A DNA stretch of 64,000 nucleotides from Candidatus Poribacteria bacterium (GTDB lineage Bacteria; Poribacteria; WGA-4E; WGA-3G): contig CAXXUA010000004.1 in NCBI GenBank assembly GCA_963663765.2, positions 992,001 through 1,056,000 on the forward strand, given 5' to 3'. Below, piece after piece: positions 20,392 to 30,538 of this stretch. Below the pieces are notes generated by a model. That model worked only from the letters and a program-made list of their open reading frames with translations, did not search any database and was not told the DNA's origin. How positions within the stretch are numbered: position 1 is the stretch's first letter; every line of letters begins with the position of its first letter. The position numbers and the translations under genes are program-made.

Positions 20392-20609
20392 TAACGCAAG
20401 TTGCTACCTATAAGGTTTAGACGAATAAACACCGTTTCCTATAGAGTATAATACACTTTTCGGTAGTATTTGTAGCACAAACTGTTAGTTTGTGCATCTT
20501 TATGACGCAAACTAACAGTTTGCGTTACAAAATATAGGCTATTTATCAGACTTTTTTGATAATAGATGGTGTTTCTATGTCTAATTATTGTAGGTAGCAA
20601 CTTGGGTTA
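20392..20609. mobile_element. MITE-like element (TIR AACGCAAGTTGCTACCTA); copy 2
   Basis: Near-identical to 13432-13650. Confidence 0.8.
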
Positions 20610-20627
20610 TTATAGTATTTTGTATAT

Positions 20628-21202
20628 ATGAAAAGCGAAAAAACAGATAAATCCCAAGAACTCCCCCATTCCATCAGTGACGCAGCTTGGAAAAGCCATT
20701 CTCGTTGATAGCACGATGGTGCGTGTCCACTCCTGCTCAGCCGGTGCACCTAAAAAAAGGAGGACAAGAAACACAAGCACTTGGTCGGAGCCGGGGCGGA
20801 TTTACCACGAAACTAAATCTATCTCTCAGCGATGAATGGATACCTCTCAGGTTTACTTTGACAGCAGGACAATGCCATGATATTACGCAAGCATCTGCGC
20901 TGATCAAAGGTTTTTCTTATCTGTATGTGATAGGAGATAAAGCCTACGATTCGGATGCTTTTATAGAGGAGATTGTCTCCAACAATGCGACGGCTGTGAT
21001 ACCGCCGCGCAAAAATCGCACTGAAATACGCACCTATGACAAAGAGTTATATAAACGGCGAAACAAAATAGAACGTTTCTTTCATCAATTAAAACAGTAT
21101 CGTCGTGTAGCAACACGTTATGATAAATACACAGACCGGTATCTCGGTATTGTATATTTCGCATCAATTCTCATAACAATATAAGAATATGTAAACACTA
21201 CC
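20628..21202 (+). pseudogene. Internally deleted IS5-family transposase remnant
   Basis: OrfA start 'MKSEK...ISDAAWK' jumps straight to 'ILVDSTMVRVH..SAGA.KK'; A7GG slip site; OrfB 'LGRSRGGFTTK', 'GDKAYDSD', 'YK.RN.IERFF..LKQYRRVATRYDK'; right end TGTAAACACTACC-TAG; left end not found. Confidence 0.85.
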
Positions 21203-21301
21203 TAGTCAAAAATAAGGCGTGGGACAGATATTGGATGCAACGCCCACAAGCAGCATGAAATTTATAACCAAAACTTTACACACCCGATTCTATTTTATTT
21301 C

Positions 21302-21330
21302 TTGACTCATTTGTAAAACTAAGGTATCGT
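21302..21330 (+). promoter_or_regulatory. Putative sigma-70 promoter of the cas operon
   Basis: TTGACT-17 bp-TATCGT about 50 bp upstream of ATG 21382. Confidence 0.45.
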
Positions 21331-21381
21331 TAAATGACTTAATGATATTTGAAACATTTGATTTATGCAGAGGGACGCAGA

Positions 21382-23244
21382 ATGAACATCTATGTGGGCA
21401 ACGTGCCTTATACAGTAACAGAAAAGGATTTAGAAGAACTATTCAAAAAACATGGCGAAGTAACAAGTGCCAAAATCATAAATCATCTTAACGGCAGATC
21501 CAAGGGTTTCGGCTTCGTAGATATGCCAAACGAAGACCAAGCCAATCCCGCAATGAAAGCACTGGACGGTTCTGAGTTCAGGGGACGTCAATTAAGAGTT
21601 AACCCCGCCCGTCCACTCGGACAACAACGCCGACAATCGACACGGCAACCACAGCAACGACCACCCCGTCCACGTCAAACCGATCCGCCAAAATCCCAGA
21701 CAAAATCTACTGACAAGTTTCATAATCCCTATACCTTTGTGCCGACACCGTCACGCGACAATGTAATAGATCAAGACATTTTCGCCGCAGATTTTGATCC
21801 TCTGAAAAAAGGGCTGAACCACGCAACACTGCAAGATAATCTATGGACAGGACACATTCCGATAAAACTTACCGCCACGACACCATTAGTCCTACTCAAG
21901 AGTGAGGGTAGAGACGAAGACGCAACAGATGCACCCTACAGTGTACATTCACGTATTCCAGAGTCATCCCTGCGTGGCATGCTCCGCAGTGCTTATGAAA
22001 CTATTACGAATTCACGTTACAGCAGCTTCCGAAATAATGAAAAACTAGAATATCGTATGGGAAGAGAGAAACTCCCTTACCCTAAAAGTCCAGACGCGCT
22101 TCTCGATTCCTCGTTGAAACCTGCAAATAAACTTACTAAGTTATCCCCAGCAGACCGATTGTTCGGATGGACACCGCCACCCAACAGTAGTGATAAAAGC
22201 AGTGATAGCGGATACAAGAGTCGACTTCGAATCGTCTGTGATGATGTTGAACCCGCGGATCCCCTAAACCCTTTTCAGGATGACCCACTACCCCTTACTA
22301 TCTTAGGAACACCGAAACCTGAGCAAGGACGTTTTTATGTTGCCAAAGATGACAAAGGAACTCCGCAAGATGATGGTCTCAATAAAGAAGAGGCTGGATA
22401 TAGTAGTGGTAAAGGTTTGCGTGGGCGTAAACATTTCTGGCATCACAAAAATTTAGACAAAGACTATTGGGACCAAACAGGTGATGATAGCACTCGTGAA
22501 TATATACGCGCGAACAGAGAAAAAGACTCTCAAAATCGTAGCATCAATGCTTGGATCAAACCCGACACTACATTTCATGCATCTATATATGTCCAGAACT
22601 TACAGCAGGCAGAAATCGGTGCACTTCTATGGCTTTTAACACTCCCAGACGAATACCATTTCAGACTTGGATACGGAAAACCTTTAGGATTTGGCAGTGT
22701 GAAAATTAAGATTGACAATGACGACTGCCTACCACTTGGCACGTGTTCCGACTGGAAAGCATATTACTCACAACTGGAGGCATCACCTCCTGCTACAATG
22801 GATAAAGCAAAACGAGATGAATGTATCAATAAATTCAAGGATAGTATGGTGTCGGCATATTCACCAAAGCAAGAGAACGATGCAGAAGATGACAGCGACA
22901 TCAAAAAGACCTTATCCAACCTTTCTATGGCAGATCAACTCAAAAGCACACTGGAACAAACATCTGAAGGCAAAGCGGTGCTTGACGAAACGCAGTTTGA
23001 TAAACTCCGTTTTGTTGAGGGGTTCCTACAGGTTCTGAAAGGTCCGGATACGGGCTATCCAATCCATTATCCGCGTCGGAATCGTGAACCTGATGAAAAA
23101 GGTAATAACTATGAGTGGTTTATGGATAATGAGAACGGTAGAAATCGTTATGAAGATGGCGAAAAGCTTGCATTACCAGATGTATCTGACGATGAAGGTT
23201 TACCTTATATTCCATGCAAGCCAAAGCCAAGAAGAAGAAATTGA
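21382..23244 (+). CDS. cas7: RRM domain fused to type III-D Cas7-group RAMP (TIGR03986 / 'Cas7-insertion' type)
   Basis: RNP2 'IYVGNV', RNP1 'KGFGFVDM', then Q/R/P linker, then 'FHNPYTFVP', 'IP.SSLRGMLRS.YE.ITNS', 'LSPADRLFGW', 'LRGRK.FWHH', G-loop 'LGYGKPLGFGSV'. Confidence 0.9.
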   Translation: MNIYVGNVPYTVTEKDLEELFKKHGEVTSAKIINHLNGRSKGFGFVDMPNEDQANPAMKALDGSEFRGRQLRVNPARPLGQQRRQSTRQPQQRPPRPRQTDPPKSQTKSTDKFHNPYTFVPTPSRDNVIDQDIFAADFDPLKKGLNHATLQDNLWTGHIPIKLTATTPLVLLKSEGRDEDATDAPYSVHSRIPESSLRGMLRSAYETITNSRYSSFRNNEKLEYRMGREKLPYPKSPDALLDSSLKPANKLTKLSPADRLFGWTPPPNSSDKSSDSGYKSRLRIVCDDVEPADPLNPFQDDPLPLTILGTPKPEQGRFYVAKDDKGTPQDDGLNKEEAGYSSGKGLRGRKHFWHHKNLDKDYWDQTGDDSTREYIRANREKDSQNRSINAWIKPDTTFHASIYVQNLQQAEIGALLWLLTLPDEYHFRLGYGKPLGFGSVKIKIDNDDCLPLGTCSDWKAYYSQLEASPPATMDKAKRDECINKFKDSMVSAYSPKQENDAEDDSDIKKTLSNLSMADQLKSTLEQTSEGKAVLDETQFDKLRFVEGFLQVLKGPDTGYPIHYPRRNREPDEKGNNYEWFMDNENGRNRYEDGEKLALPDVSDDEGLPYIPCKPKPRRRN

Positions 23245-23281
23245 ATTTCATATAGACTTGCATATGGAGGTAACCTGAACA

Positions 23282-24385
23282 GTGGCAACGCAACTTATCA
23301 TGACTGTCGGCACCAATGCATTACCTATCTGGGTCGCTTGGTATCATCTGAAGGGTAAACTGAAACAACCTGTAAAAGTCCAATTTATCTATACAAATGA
23401 CACGGAACCACAAAGAGACTCATTGCGCAGGTTCTGTGATAACGCACAATTCGGAACAGACATAAAAACGTCGCCAGGGGACCCATCCACCGTCCGTGGA
23501 GATATCAGGAAGCAAATATTGAATTGTTTAGATCAAAAAACGACACATCTTCATGTGCATTACACAAGCGGTACCAAGGTTATGGGGGTTGAGACAGTCT
23601 CAGCTATTGAAGAAAGAATAGCAAACAAAGCTTGCTTAAATTTAGAAACCACTTATTTAGATCCACGCGGTGACAAGGGACCGCGCCTCCTTAGTAGAAC
23701 AAACGTTTATCAAGAAGATGCTCGGATGGGTGTTAAACCAACACTTGATCGCATAGCAAATCTAAACGGATTTACTCCCGCACCTTTTACCCACGAATAT
23801 TGGAACAGAGAAGATAGCAGATGGATTAGAGATGAAAAACTAGCTCCTGCTGAACTTGATCGTGATCAAGAGGCAGATGGAAATAATGTTATAGATAGCA
23901 TGAGGAGAGGAGTGTGGGGCGCTATGGATCCAACACACTTTGAATATGCGGCTTATGTCGCACTTAACCAAGCGCTTGAAGCTATAAAAGCAGCTAATTC
24001 AGAGCGATCCAACTACAGGATCTACCATAATGTGTTTGTCCGAAGAACTAGTGCGGATCAACGGGATAGGATCTTTGAACTGGATGTTGTCGCGGTATTA
24101 GGATATCAAATCCTTGTTGTTTCATGCACACTTGAAACAGGACCTGCGGCGATTAAGGAAAAAGGAATGGAAGTCATCCTACGTTCAAGGCAGCTTGGCG
24201 GTGATGAGGCACAAGCCATCGTTCTCTGCAAAGGCTATTCTGAAATTACAGAACGCGTTGAGAAAGAATTGTACGATGAAATCGGAAGTGCAGGTCGACC
24301 TTTACGGATATGGGGAACAAACAAGTGGATAAAGCTACAAAACGAATTCAAGCAATACTTACGAAATGACCTCCATTGGCACTAA
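23282..24385 (+). CDS. CARF + PD-(D/E)xK nuclease ancillary effector (Card1/Can2, DUF1887-like)
   Basis: CARF 'VGTNALP' and 'YTSGTKVM'; nuclease 'FELDVVAV.GYQ..VVSCT', 'R.RQLGGDEA'. Confidence 0.85.
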   Translation: MATQLIMTVGTNALPIWVAWYHLKGKLKQPVKVQFIYTNDTEPQRDSLRRFCDNAQFGTDIKTSPGDPSTVRGDIRKQILNCLDQKTTHLHVHYTSGTKVMGVETVSAIEERIANKACLNLETTYLDPRGDKGPRLLSRTNVYQEDARMGVKPTLDRIANLNGFTPAPFTHEYWNREDSRWIRDEKLAPAELDRDQEADGNNVIDSMRRGVWGAMDPTHFEYAAYVALNQALEAIKAANSERSNYRIYHNVFVRRTSADQRDRIFELDVVAVLGYQILVVSCTLETGPAAIKEKGMEVILRSRQLGGDEAQAIVLCKGYSEITERVEKELYDEIGSAGRPLRIWGTNKWIKLQNEFKQYLRNDLHWH

Positions 24386-24404
24386 CAGAAAGGCAACAAT
24401 ATCA

Positions 24405-25985
24405 ATGTCAGTAAAATGTATCACACTCCTTGGCACTGTCAGTGTCCAACAATATATCTTTCAGAGCAACAGGTTGAAGGAAATCATCGGCGCATCGTAT
24501 TTGGCAAAACACTGGTTTGATGACGGATTGATTCATGTAATTCAGCAGTCACGACACTCTTTAGATAGAGACGTATGGGACGCATACAAACAGAACCCAT
24601 CCATCACACAATCTGATGTGGAGGAAAACACCGAATCGGATGTCCAGATTATCTACATCGGCGGCGGTAATGCTGCTCTACTCTGCAAGGACAAAGACAC
24701 CGCTGCAGACGTCGTTCAAAAATGGAGTTATGCAATACTCAATAAAGCGCCCGGGCTCCGAGTCGCTGTTGGATTTGGTGAGGTAAACAACTCGTTATAT
24801 AAGGCATACGATGAAGCACGGAAACAACTAAACAAGTGTGAGGAAGCACTCCCTTACGGCGCAGAATTGGGAAGGCTACCTATCATTCGCTCCTGTTCAA
24901 CAACTGGTTTACCAGCAAGTATAAACGCCAGAGAGGAAAACAATCGAGTAATTCGGATATCTAAGGAAGCAGCAAGTAAAAGAGAACAGGTCGGCACAAC
25001 AAACAATCCAGGGAAAGCACGGCAGACTATTACGAAGGAGTTCAAGTCCGTTCTTAAAGAGAACCAACATTTCGCTTCAGATTTTGATGCCGAATTAGGC
25101 GGCGGTGATGGGCATTCCTATATGGCTGTCGTTCACGCAGATGGAAACGGGATGGGTGACCTCCTACAGGCAGCAGTGAAGGGTGCGCCTGAAGATCAAT
25201 TCCTCCATTTCATCAGAAGGTTTTCCGCATCTGTCTCAATGTTGTCTAAAAACGCTTTTGAGAGAACACTCCAACACTTCCAAAATAAGTTAAAGTTGCC
25301 ATTGAAAGGAATCAAAGAAAAGGATAACGTTTTTCCGCTCCGTCCAATCGTCTATGGTGGTGATGATTTGACCTTTGTTTGTGATGGAAGGGTTGGACTG
25401 CACCTAACGCAACACTACCTACAAGAATTCACAAAAGATCCAATAAAAGTCGGGGATGGAGTCAAACACATTGATGCATGTGCAGGTGTCGCTATTGTGC
25501 ATACAAAGTTCCCGATCGCACAAGCCTACAGTTTCGCAGACGAACTCTGTGCAAATGCAAAATCAGAACGTCGTAAGAAGGGCAATCAGAACGGGAGTTG
25601 GATGGATTTTCAGATAGTCCAAGCAGGTGTAACGGGTTCTGTCAACACTATCAGAAACACACAGTATCGCACCTTGACAGGGGCGCAACTTCATCAAAGA
25701 CCCTATCAAGTGCCAGAAAAGTGGACAGTTGTTGTTGAGATCTTGCGCGAGTTCCAATCTGATAAATGGCCGCGGAGCCGTGCGAAAAGTCTCATGCACG
25801 CCCTCACAAAGGGTTCAGATGAAACAGAACGTTTTGTCAAAGCAGCAAATTGGAGAGGTATTGAATTACCATCTGCTGAGGAACGACAGACTGGATGGTC
25901 AGGTGGTATAGAGGAAGAAAAAACAACACCATATTTTGATCCACTTGAGGTACTGGATTACTATCTAAAAGAACTCCTAAATTAA
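24405..25985 (+). CDS. cas10: Cas10, type III-D, no HD domain
   Basis: 'VQQYIF.SNRLKEIIGAS', 'YIGGGNA', Palm2 'VHADGNGMG' and 'YGGDDL'. Confidence 0.95.
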   Translation: MSVKCITLLGTVSVQQYIFQSNRLKEIIGASYLAKHWFDDGLIHVIQQSRHSLDRDVWDAYKQNPSITQSDVEENTESDVQIIYIGGGNAALLCKDKDTAADVVQKWSYAILNKAPGLRVAVGFGEVNNSLYKAYDEARKQLNKCEEALPYGAELGRLPIIRSCSTTGLPASINAREENNRVIRISKEAASKREQVGTTNNPGKARQTITKEFKSVLKENQHFASDFDAELGGGDGHSYMAVVHADGNGMGDLLQAAVKGAPEDQFLHFIRRFSASVSMLSKNAFERTLQHFQNKLKLPLKGIKEKDNVFPLRPIVYGGDDLTFVCDGRVGLHLTQHYLQEFTKDPIKVGDGVKHIDACAGVAIVHTKFPIAQAYSFADELCANAKSERRKKGNQNGSWMDFQIVQAGVTGSVNTIRNTQYRTLTGAQLHQRPYQVPEKWTVVVEILREFQSDKWPRSRAKSLMHALTKGSDETERFVKAANWRGIELPSAEERQTGWSGGIEEEKTTPYFDPLEVLDYYLKELLN

Positions 25986-26060
25986 TCAGATTGTGTCTTT
26001 ATTTGAAGTGTAGCATATTCTTCCAGATTGTGTATATAGACTACAACAGGAAAACACAGA

Positions 26061-28454
26061 ATGATCAAATACGTATTGGAAATAAAACTTATCTCACCAC
26101 TAACATCTGCCGCAGGTGAAGGACGAGTCGGCTTAGTTGACCGAGATATTGCTTTTGACAAATTAGGACTACCAATTCTCCCCGGTAGACGACTCAAAGG
26201 ACTGTGGCGCGACGCATATCGCGATGTTGTGGATGCATGGCATCAGTGTGGAAACGACACTACGCCAGTTGAACAGGTTTTCGGGGAAATAGGACAGAGA
26301 CCTTATCACGGAGACGCATGCATTCATATCGCAAATGCTGAATTAAAGCATATTTTGTCTTTGAAGGAATGGTTAGCATACTTACAACATCCCAAGATTC
26401 GGAAACTCCATCCAGATGATGTCGTGCAACACTATGCAACTGTGCGTGCACAAACAGCAATTGAAAGGCTCACGGGGGCTGCAAAAGAAAACACGCTACG
26501 TCTAACACGAACTTTAAAACAAGATTTAGTCTTCTGGGCACCCGTCAACTTTGCAGATATAACGCCTGACGACCCATTGCTACAAGCATTAGCACTCGCA
26601 GCCGCTGCACTCAATTATATGGGAACAGCACGTACAAGAGGACTTGGAAAAGTCAATTGCCGGTTTATTGAGATTAAACCAAACTCCGAAGAAAAGGATC
26701 TCAAGCCACAGTTAAACACAAATGTCCTTCCATCCATTAAAAGCACTGTTTTAGCGAAATCTACCGTGAACCCCGTAACACCAACAACACATACAGGCAA
26801 TACATCCTGCAAAACACCCACTCACATATTACGATATCGTCTGAAGTTGACATCGGCAACCGTTATACCAACATCAGAGGGTGATCCGAATACTGTCGTT
26901 AGCCGTCATGACATCCCAGGAAGTCATCTATGGGGAATTGCTGCATGGTCTTATCTCAATCAACCAAATCAATCCGCTGCAGATCCTACCTTTCGCAAGA
27001 CTTTTCTCAATGGAGGTTTACGTTTCTTAAATGCATATCCAGAAGCAATTGATAACCAGCAGCGTATGATCCCAATACCACATTCCATCCGCAAATCCAA
27101 AAAATCCGATAATACACTCTATGACTTGGTTGAACAGCCACCAAAGGACGAACCCATAAGAAGGTTAGGTTCGGTCTATGCAAGAATGGGCGATGATGGT
27201 TTAGAGACACAATCGGTGAAGACAGAACGTAATTATCATCATGCGCGTGCGGCGAATGACCGAAGCAAAGGACGCGCACTCGGTGCGGAAGTCACAGATG
27301 GAGGAACACTCTTTACATACAACGCTATCCAACCTGAGCAGACTTTTCAGGGCACAGTTTTGGGGTCAGAAGAGGACTTGGCGCAATTGAAATCTTGGCT
27401 ACAGAGTCCAAGAACAGTCCGGATCGGTAGGTCTCGCAGCGCGCAATACGGCGAGGCGGAATTTGAATGGATAGATGATAACCCACTGTCCTATGAAGAT
27501 CTTATAGAATGGAGCGGATTCACTGTGGCACAACCCGGAGAAGCACAACCCGACACCCTTGAAAAACGCTTAATTATTACAACATTATCACCTTTATTAG
27601 CAGTTAACGAAAACGGACATCCGACTGCAGTCTTTCCCATACAGGAATTAGCCAATGCTTTAGGAATACAGGATAATGGCACTCCGAAACTCTTGAAAAG
27701 TTATACCAGAACTGAAGTTAACAGTGGATACAATACACATCTACGGTTACCGCGTCAGCAGTCTCAAGTAATCGCTGCGGGAAGTGTCTTTAAATTTGAA
27801 TTAGATGAAAAAATAACGGATGCACAATTGATGGAATTGGAGCGAAACGGATTAGGACTCCGTAAAGCAGAAGGCTTTGGACGTATCGCTATAAATCGGC
27901 TACATTTAGGCGGTGAAGAAAAGCAACTGGATGACCCGAACAACGTTAATACGCCTGATAAACCTGAATTAAACATGCCATCTGACCTTTCGCACATTCT
28001 AAAACAGATCGTGATGACATATTGCAGAACTGAAATGCAAAACAATGCAAGGGAGATTACAACCAAATTACCAAAGCAAAATATACCGAGTAACGCTTTG
28101 TTAGGACGACTAAAGTTATTCTTCCAACACGGTACCATAGAAGATAGTTTAGAACAACTGCGAAAGCCAGCAAAGGAACAATTAACGAGCTATCAGATTG
28201 ACATGCGTGAGTGTAATTTGTCTGAATTACCTAATGAACAGACACTATTTGGCATATTTAAGAATGCAGATACTCAACCAAACAAGTTTACGAAGAATAT
28301 GATTGAAACCAAAGTTAACGAACTGGCAGGCGACTTTGATGAAGATACACGCAACGAGATAATTCAAACAATGGTAAATGAACAAAGCACCAAATTATGC
28401 AAAGAATTTCTTGACTACCTGACTACAGCACTGCGCCGAAAATCAAGAGGTTAA
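26061..28454 (+). CDS. csx10: Cas7-Cas5(Csx10)-Cas11 fusion
   Basis: Cas7 'DRDIAFD..GLP.LPGRRLKG', 'MGTARTRGLG'; Cas5 'IPGS.LWG', 'IGRSRSAQYG', 'GLGLRKAEGFG'; about 170-aa helical C-terminal extension ('PSNALLGRL') consistent with Cas11. Confidence 0.88.
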   Translation: MIKYVLEIKLISPLTSAAGEGRVGLVDRDIAFDKLGLPILPGRRLKGLWRDAYRDVVDAWHQCGNDTTPVEQVFGEIGQRPYHGDACIHIANAELKHILSLKEWLAYLQHPKIRKLHPDDVVQHYATVRAQTAIERLTGAAKENTLRLTRTLKQDLVFWAPVNFADITPDDPLLQALALAAAALNYMGTARTRGLGKVNCRFIEIKPNSEEKDLKPQLNTNVLPSIKSTVLAKSTVNPVTPTTHTGNTSCKTPTHILRYRLKLTSATVIPTSEGDPNTVVSRHDIPGSHLWGIAAWSYLNQPNQSAADPTFRKTFLNGGLRFLNAYPEAIDNQQRMIPIPHSIRKSKKSDNTLYDLVEQPPKDEPIRRLGSVYARMGDDGLETQSVKTERNYHHARAANDRSKGRALGAEVTDGGTLFTYNAIQPEQTFQGTVLGSEEDLAQLKSWLQSPRTVRIGRSRSAQYGEAEFEWIDDNPLSYEDLIEWSGFTVAQPGEAQPDTLEKRLIITTLSPLLAVNENGHPTAVFPIQELANALGIQDNGTPKLLKSYTRTEVNSGYNTHLRLPRQQSQVIAAGSVFKFELDEKITDAQLMELERNGLGLRKAEGFGRIAINRLHLGGEEKQLDDPNNVNTPDKPELNMPSDLSHILKQIVMTYCRTEMQNNAREITTKLPKQNIPSNALLGRLKLFFQHGTIEDSLEQLRKPAKEQLTSYQIDMRECNLSELPNEQTLFGIFKNADTQPNKFTKNMIETKVNELAGDFDEDTRNEIIQTMVNEQSTKLCKEFLDYLTTALRRKSRG

Positions 28455-28465
28455 TACCGAATACC

Positions 28466-29983
28466 ATGACAAACACAACACACCAAATACCCAAAGATGC
28501 CGTAAAATCTAGGATCTATGCAAAAGGCATCTGGAAACTTGAATCTGTCGCACACTTCGGCGGCGAAGACACAGGCATTGCAGACATGTGTCTCCTACAA
28601 GATAAAGACGGCAAACCCTTTATACCAGGCGCATCTATCGCAGGAGCAGGACGGAGTCTCCTTGCTCATCAGTGCCTAACGTGGTCAGAATATATAAACG
28701 GTATATCAAAGGAAACACCAGAACTCAAACGTCTCTTCGGAGGTGCGGACGAGAAAGACACCATGAGCGCACTCATCTTTGCAGACGCAGTATGTGTCAC
28801 CAAAAAACCCGCAACAACCGTCCGTGATGGAGTCCGTATTGATACCGATTCTGGAACTGCGTTTGATAAGGCGAAGTTTGATGTTGAAGTCGTCGAACGT
28901 GGCACAGAATTCAATATAGAACTGGAATGTATTCTCCGTCAAGCAGACTCCGAACAGGAAGCAACTCTCAGAAGGCTGTTTGCAGCACTCCTCTATGCTT
29001 TTGAACAAGGCGACATCCGACTCGGTGCACGTACTCGAAGAGGTTACGGACAAGGCAAAGTTGAAACTTGGCAAACACGAGATCTACAGATGGACAACCC
29101 GCAGGATGTCATGTCATGGCTACATGACGATGTCTGGAAATATAAACAAGCACAAACCACATTAAAGCCACAACCGTTATCTGAAGATCAACGGAAATTC
29201 TTCCGTATAGAAGCTGACTTTGCACTCCGTACTTCGCTTCTTATCCGAAGTTCCTCTGGAGAACCAAAAGACCCAGACATGGTGCATCTGCACTCCAACG
29301 GAAAACCCGTCATCCCCGGCACATCCTTTTCGGGTGCATTCCGCCACCGAGCAGCCTTGATCGCAAAGATTCTGAATTGGACACACAAAGAGGGTGAAGA
29401 TGTTACCAGTGAGATGTTCGGTGCTGTTCATGACCATGATAAAAAAACAGACGACACGGAACAAACAGAACTATGGGCAAGTCGCGTGACAATAGAAGAA
29501 CAATTGGTGGAAAATGTGAAACCGATATGGCAAGACCGCGTCGCAATTGATCGCTTTACGGGTGGTAGCCTACAAAGTGCGTTGTTCAATCAGAAACCCG
29601 TATATCCTTGTCCCATCAAAGCAGAAACAGAAACCAACGTCAGACTGATACTCACAATAGAGGAACCGATGCATGCAGAAATCGGATTGTTGCTATTAAC
29701 CATGCGCGACTTCTGGCACGGCAATGCTACACTTGGCGGAGAGGCAAGCAACGGACGCGGCACACTACAAGGACTCAATGCTACATTGACATATAAGGAC
29801 ACAGACATATCATCCGATGCAAAACAATGGCAATTATCAAACAATGGCAAACACATGATAGTTGAAAGTGGCGATGCTGCATGCCTTCAATCCTATGTGG
29901 AAGCAGCCCAGAAATATGAAAACAATCCAGAAGCATCACGACGACCGGAAAACCAGAATCAGGAGGATACCGATGCCAAATAG
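28466..29983 (+). CDS. cas7: Cas7-Cas7 tandem RAMP (Csm3 group)
   Basis: Two RAMP units: 'PFIPGASIAG...LGARTRRGYG' and 'PVIPGTSFSGAFR...VAIDRFTGG...LGGEASNGRG'. Confidence 0.93.
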   Translation: MTNTTHQIPKDAVKSRIYAKGIWKLESVAHFGGEDTGIADMCLLQDKDGKPFIPGASIAGAGRSLLAHQCLTWSEYINGISKETPELKRLFGGADEKDTMSALIFADAVCVTKKPATTVRDGVRIDTDSGTAFDKAKFDVEVVERGTEFNIELECILRQADSEQEATLRRLFAALLYAFEQGDIRLGARTRRGYGQGKVETWQTRDLQMDNPQDVMSWLHDDVWKYKQAQTTLKPQPLSEDQRKFFRIEADFALRTSLLIRSSSGEPKDPDMVHLHSNGKPVIPGTSFSGAFRHRAALIAKILNWTHKEGEDVTSEMFGAVHDHDKKTDDTEQTELWASRVTIEEQLVENVKPIWQDRVAIDRFTGGSLQSALFNQKPVYPCPIKAETETNVRLILTIEEPMHAEIGLLLLTMRDFWHGNATLGGEASNGRGTLQGLNATLTYKDTDISSDAKQWQLSNNGKHMIVESGDAACLQSYVEAAQKYENNPEASRRPENQNQEDTDAK

Positions 29984-30536
29984 AACCCTAATAGAACAAC
30001 TCAATTCTACGTGGCTTTCTCAACAATTGGGTGATATTACCGCAAATGATACAGCATGGGTATTCCTTCAGGAACCAGCATTCATCGGTTTCGGAGTCGT
30101 TACAAAGAACGATACCTATTTCCCACCAAAAGTAAACCCTGATTGGACACTGACCAGCGATCTGCGTCTGTTCGGTGAAAAAGGGGAATGGCATGTCTGG
30201 CGGGATTGGGACGGTAAGCATTACGCACGCCTATGGACATTAAAAGAAATGACGGATGCAATCACCGAACACCATTTCCTCTGGGGAACGGAAAAAAAAG
30301 ATATAGATAACGGTCCTTGGACAAAACTCACAGAGGACCGAGGTACTGAAATATGGCTACCGTTGGCAAAAAAGTTGAAAGACACCGATATACCTTTACG
30401 TCTAAGACTCAAGCAGATAGTAACGTATGACCCGATAACGCACATAGCAGGCATTACCGACGCTGCTCTCATCGGACTCACCAAATCTGATAAAAGTCTA
30501 TTGCAACCACCTGCCGATATGTCCGCTGGTTCGTAG
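29973..30536 (+). CDS. csx19: Csx19 (type III-D small subunit)
   Basis: 'LRLFGEKGEWHVWR', 'LWGT'; ATG 29973 after AGGAGG; position after Cas7-Cas7. Confidence 0.85.
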   Translation: MPNRTLIEQLNSTWLSQQLGDITANDTAWVFLQEPAFIGFGVVTKNDTYFPPKVNPDWTLTSDLRLFGEKGEWHVWRDWDGKHYARLWTLKEMTDAITEHHFLWGTEKKDIDNGPWTKLTEDRGTEIWLPLAKKLKDTDIPLRLRLKQIVTYDPITHIAGITDAALIGLTKSDKSLLQPPADMSAGS

Positions 30537-30538
30537 TT

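Noticed and set aside
29862-29972. Long N-terminal extension of Csx19 in the ORF track
   Set aside because: It overlaps cas7-cas7 by over 100 nt; ATG 29973 has a perfect AGGAGG RBS
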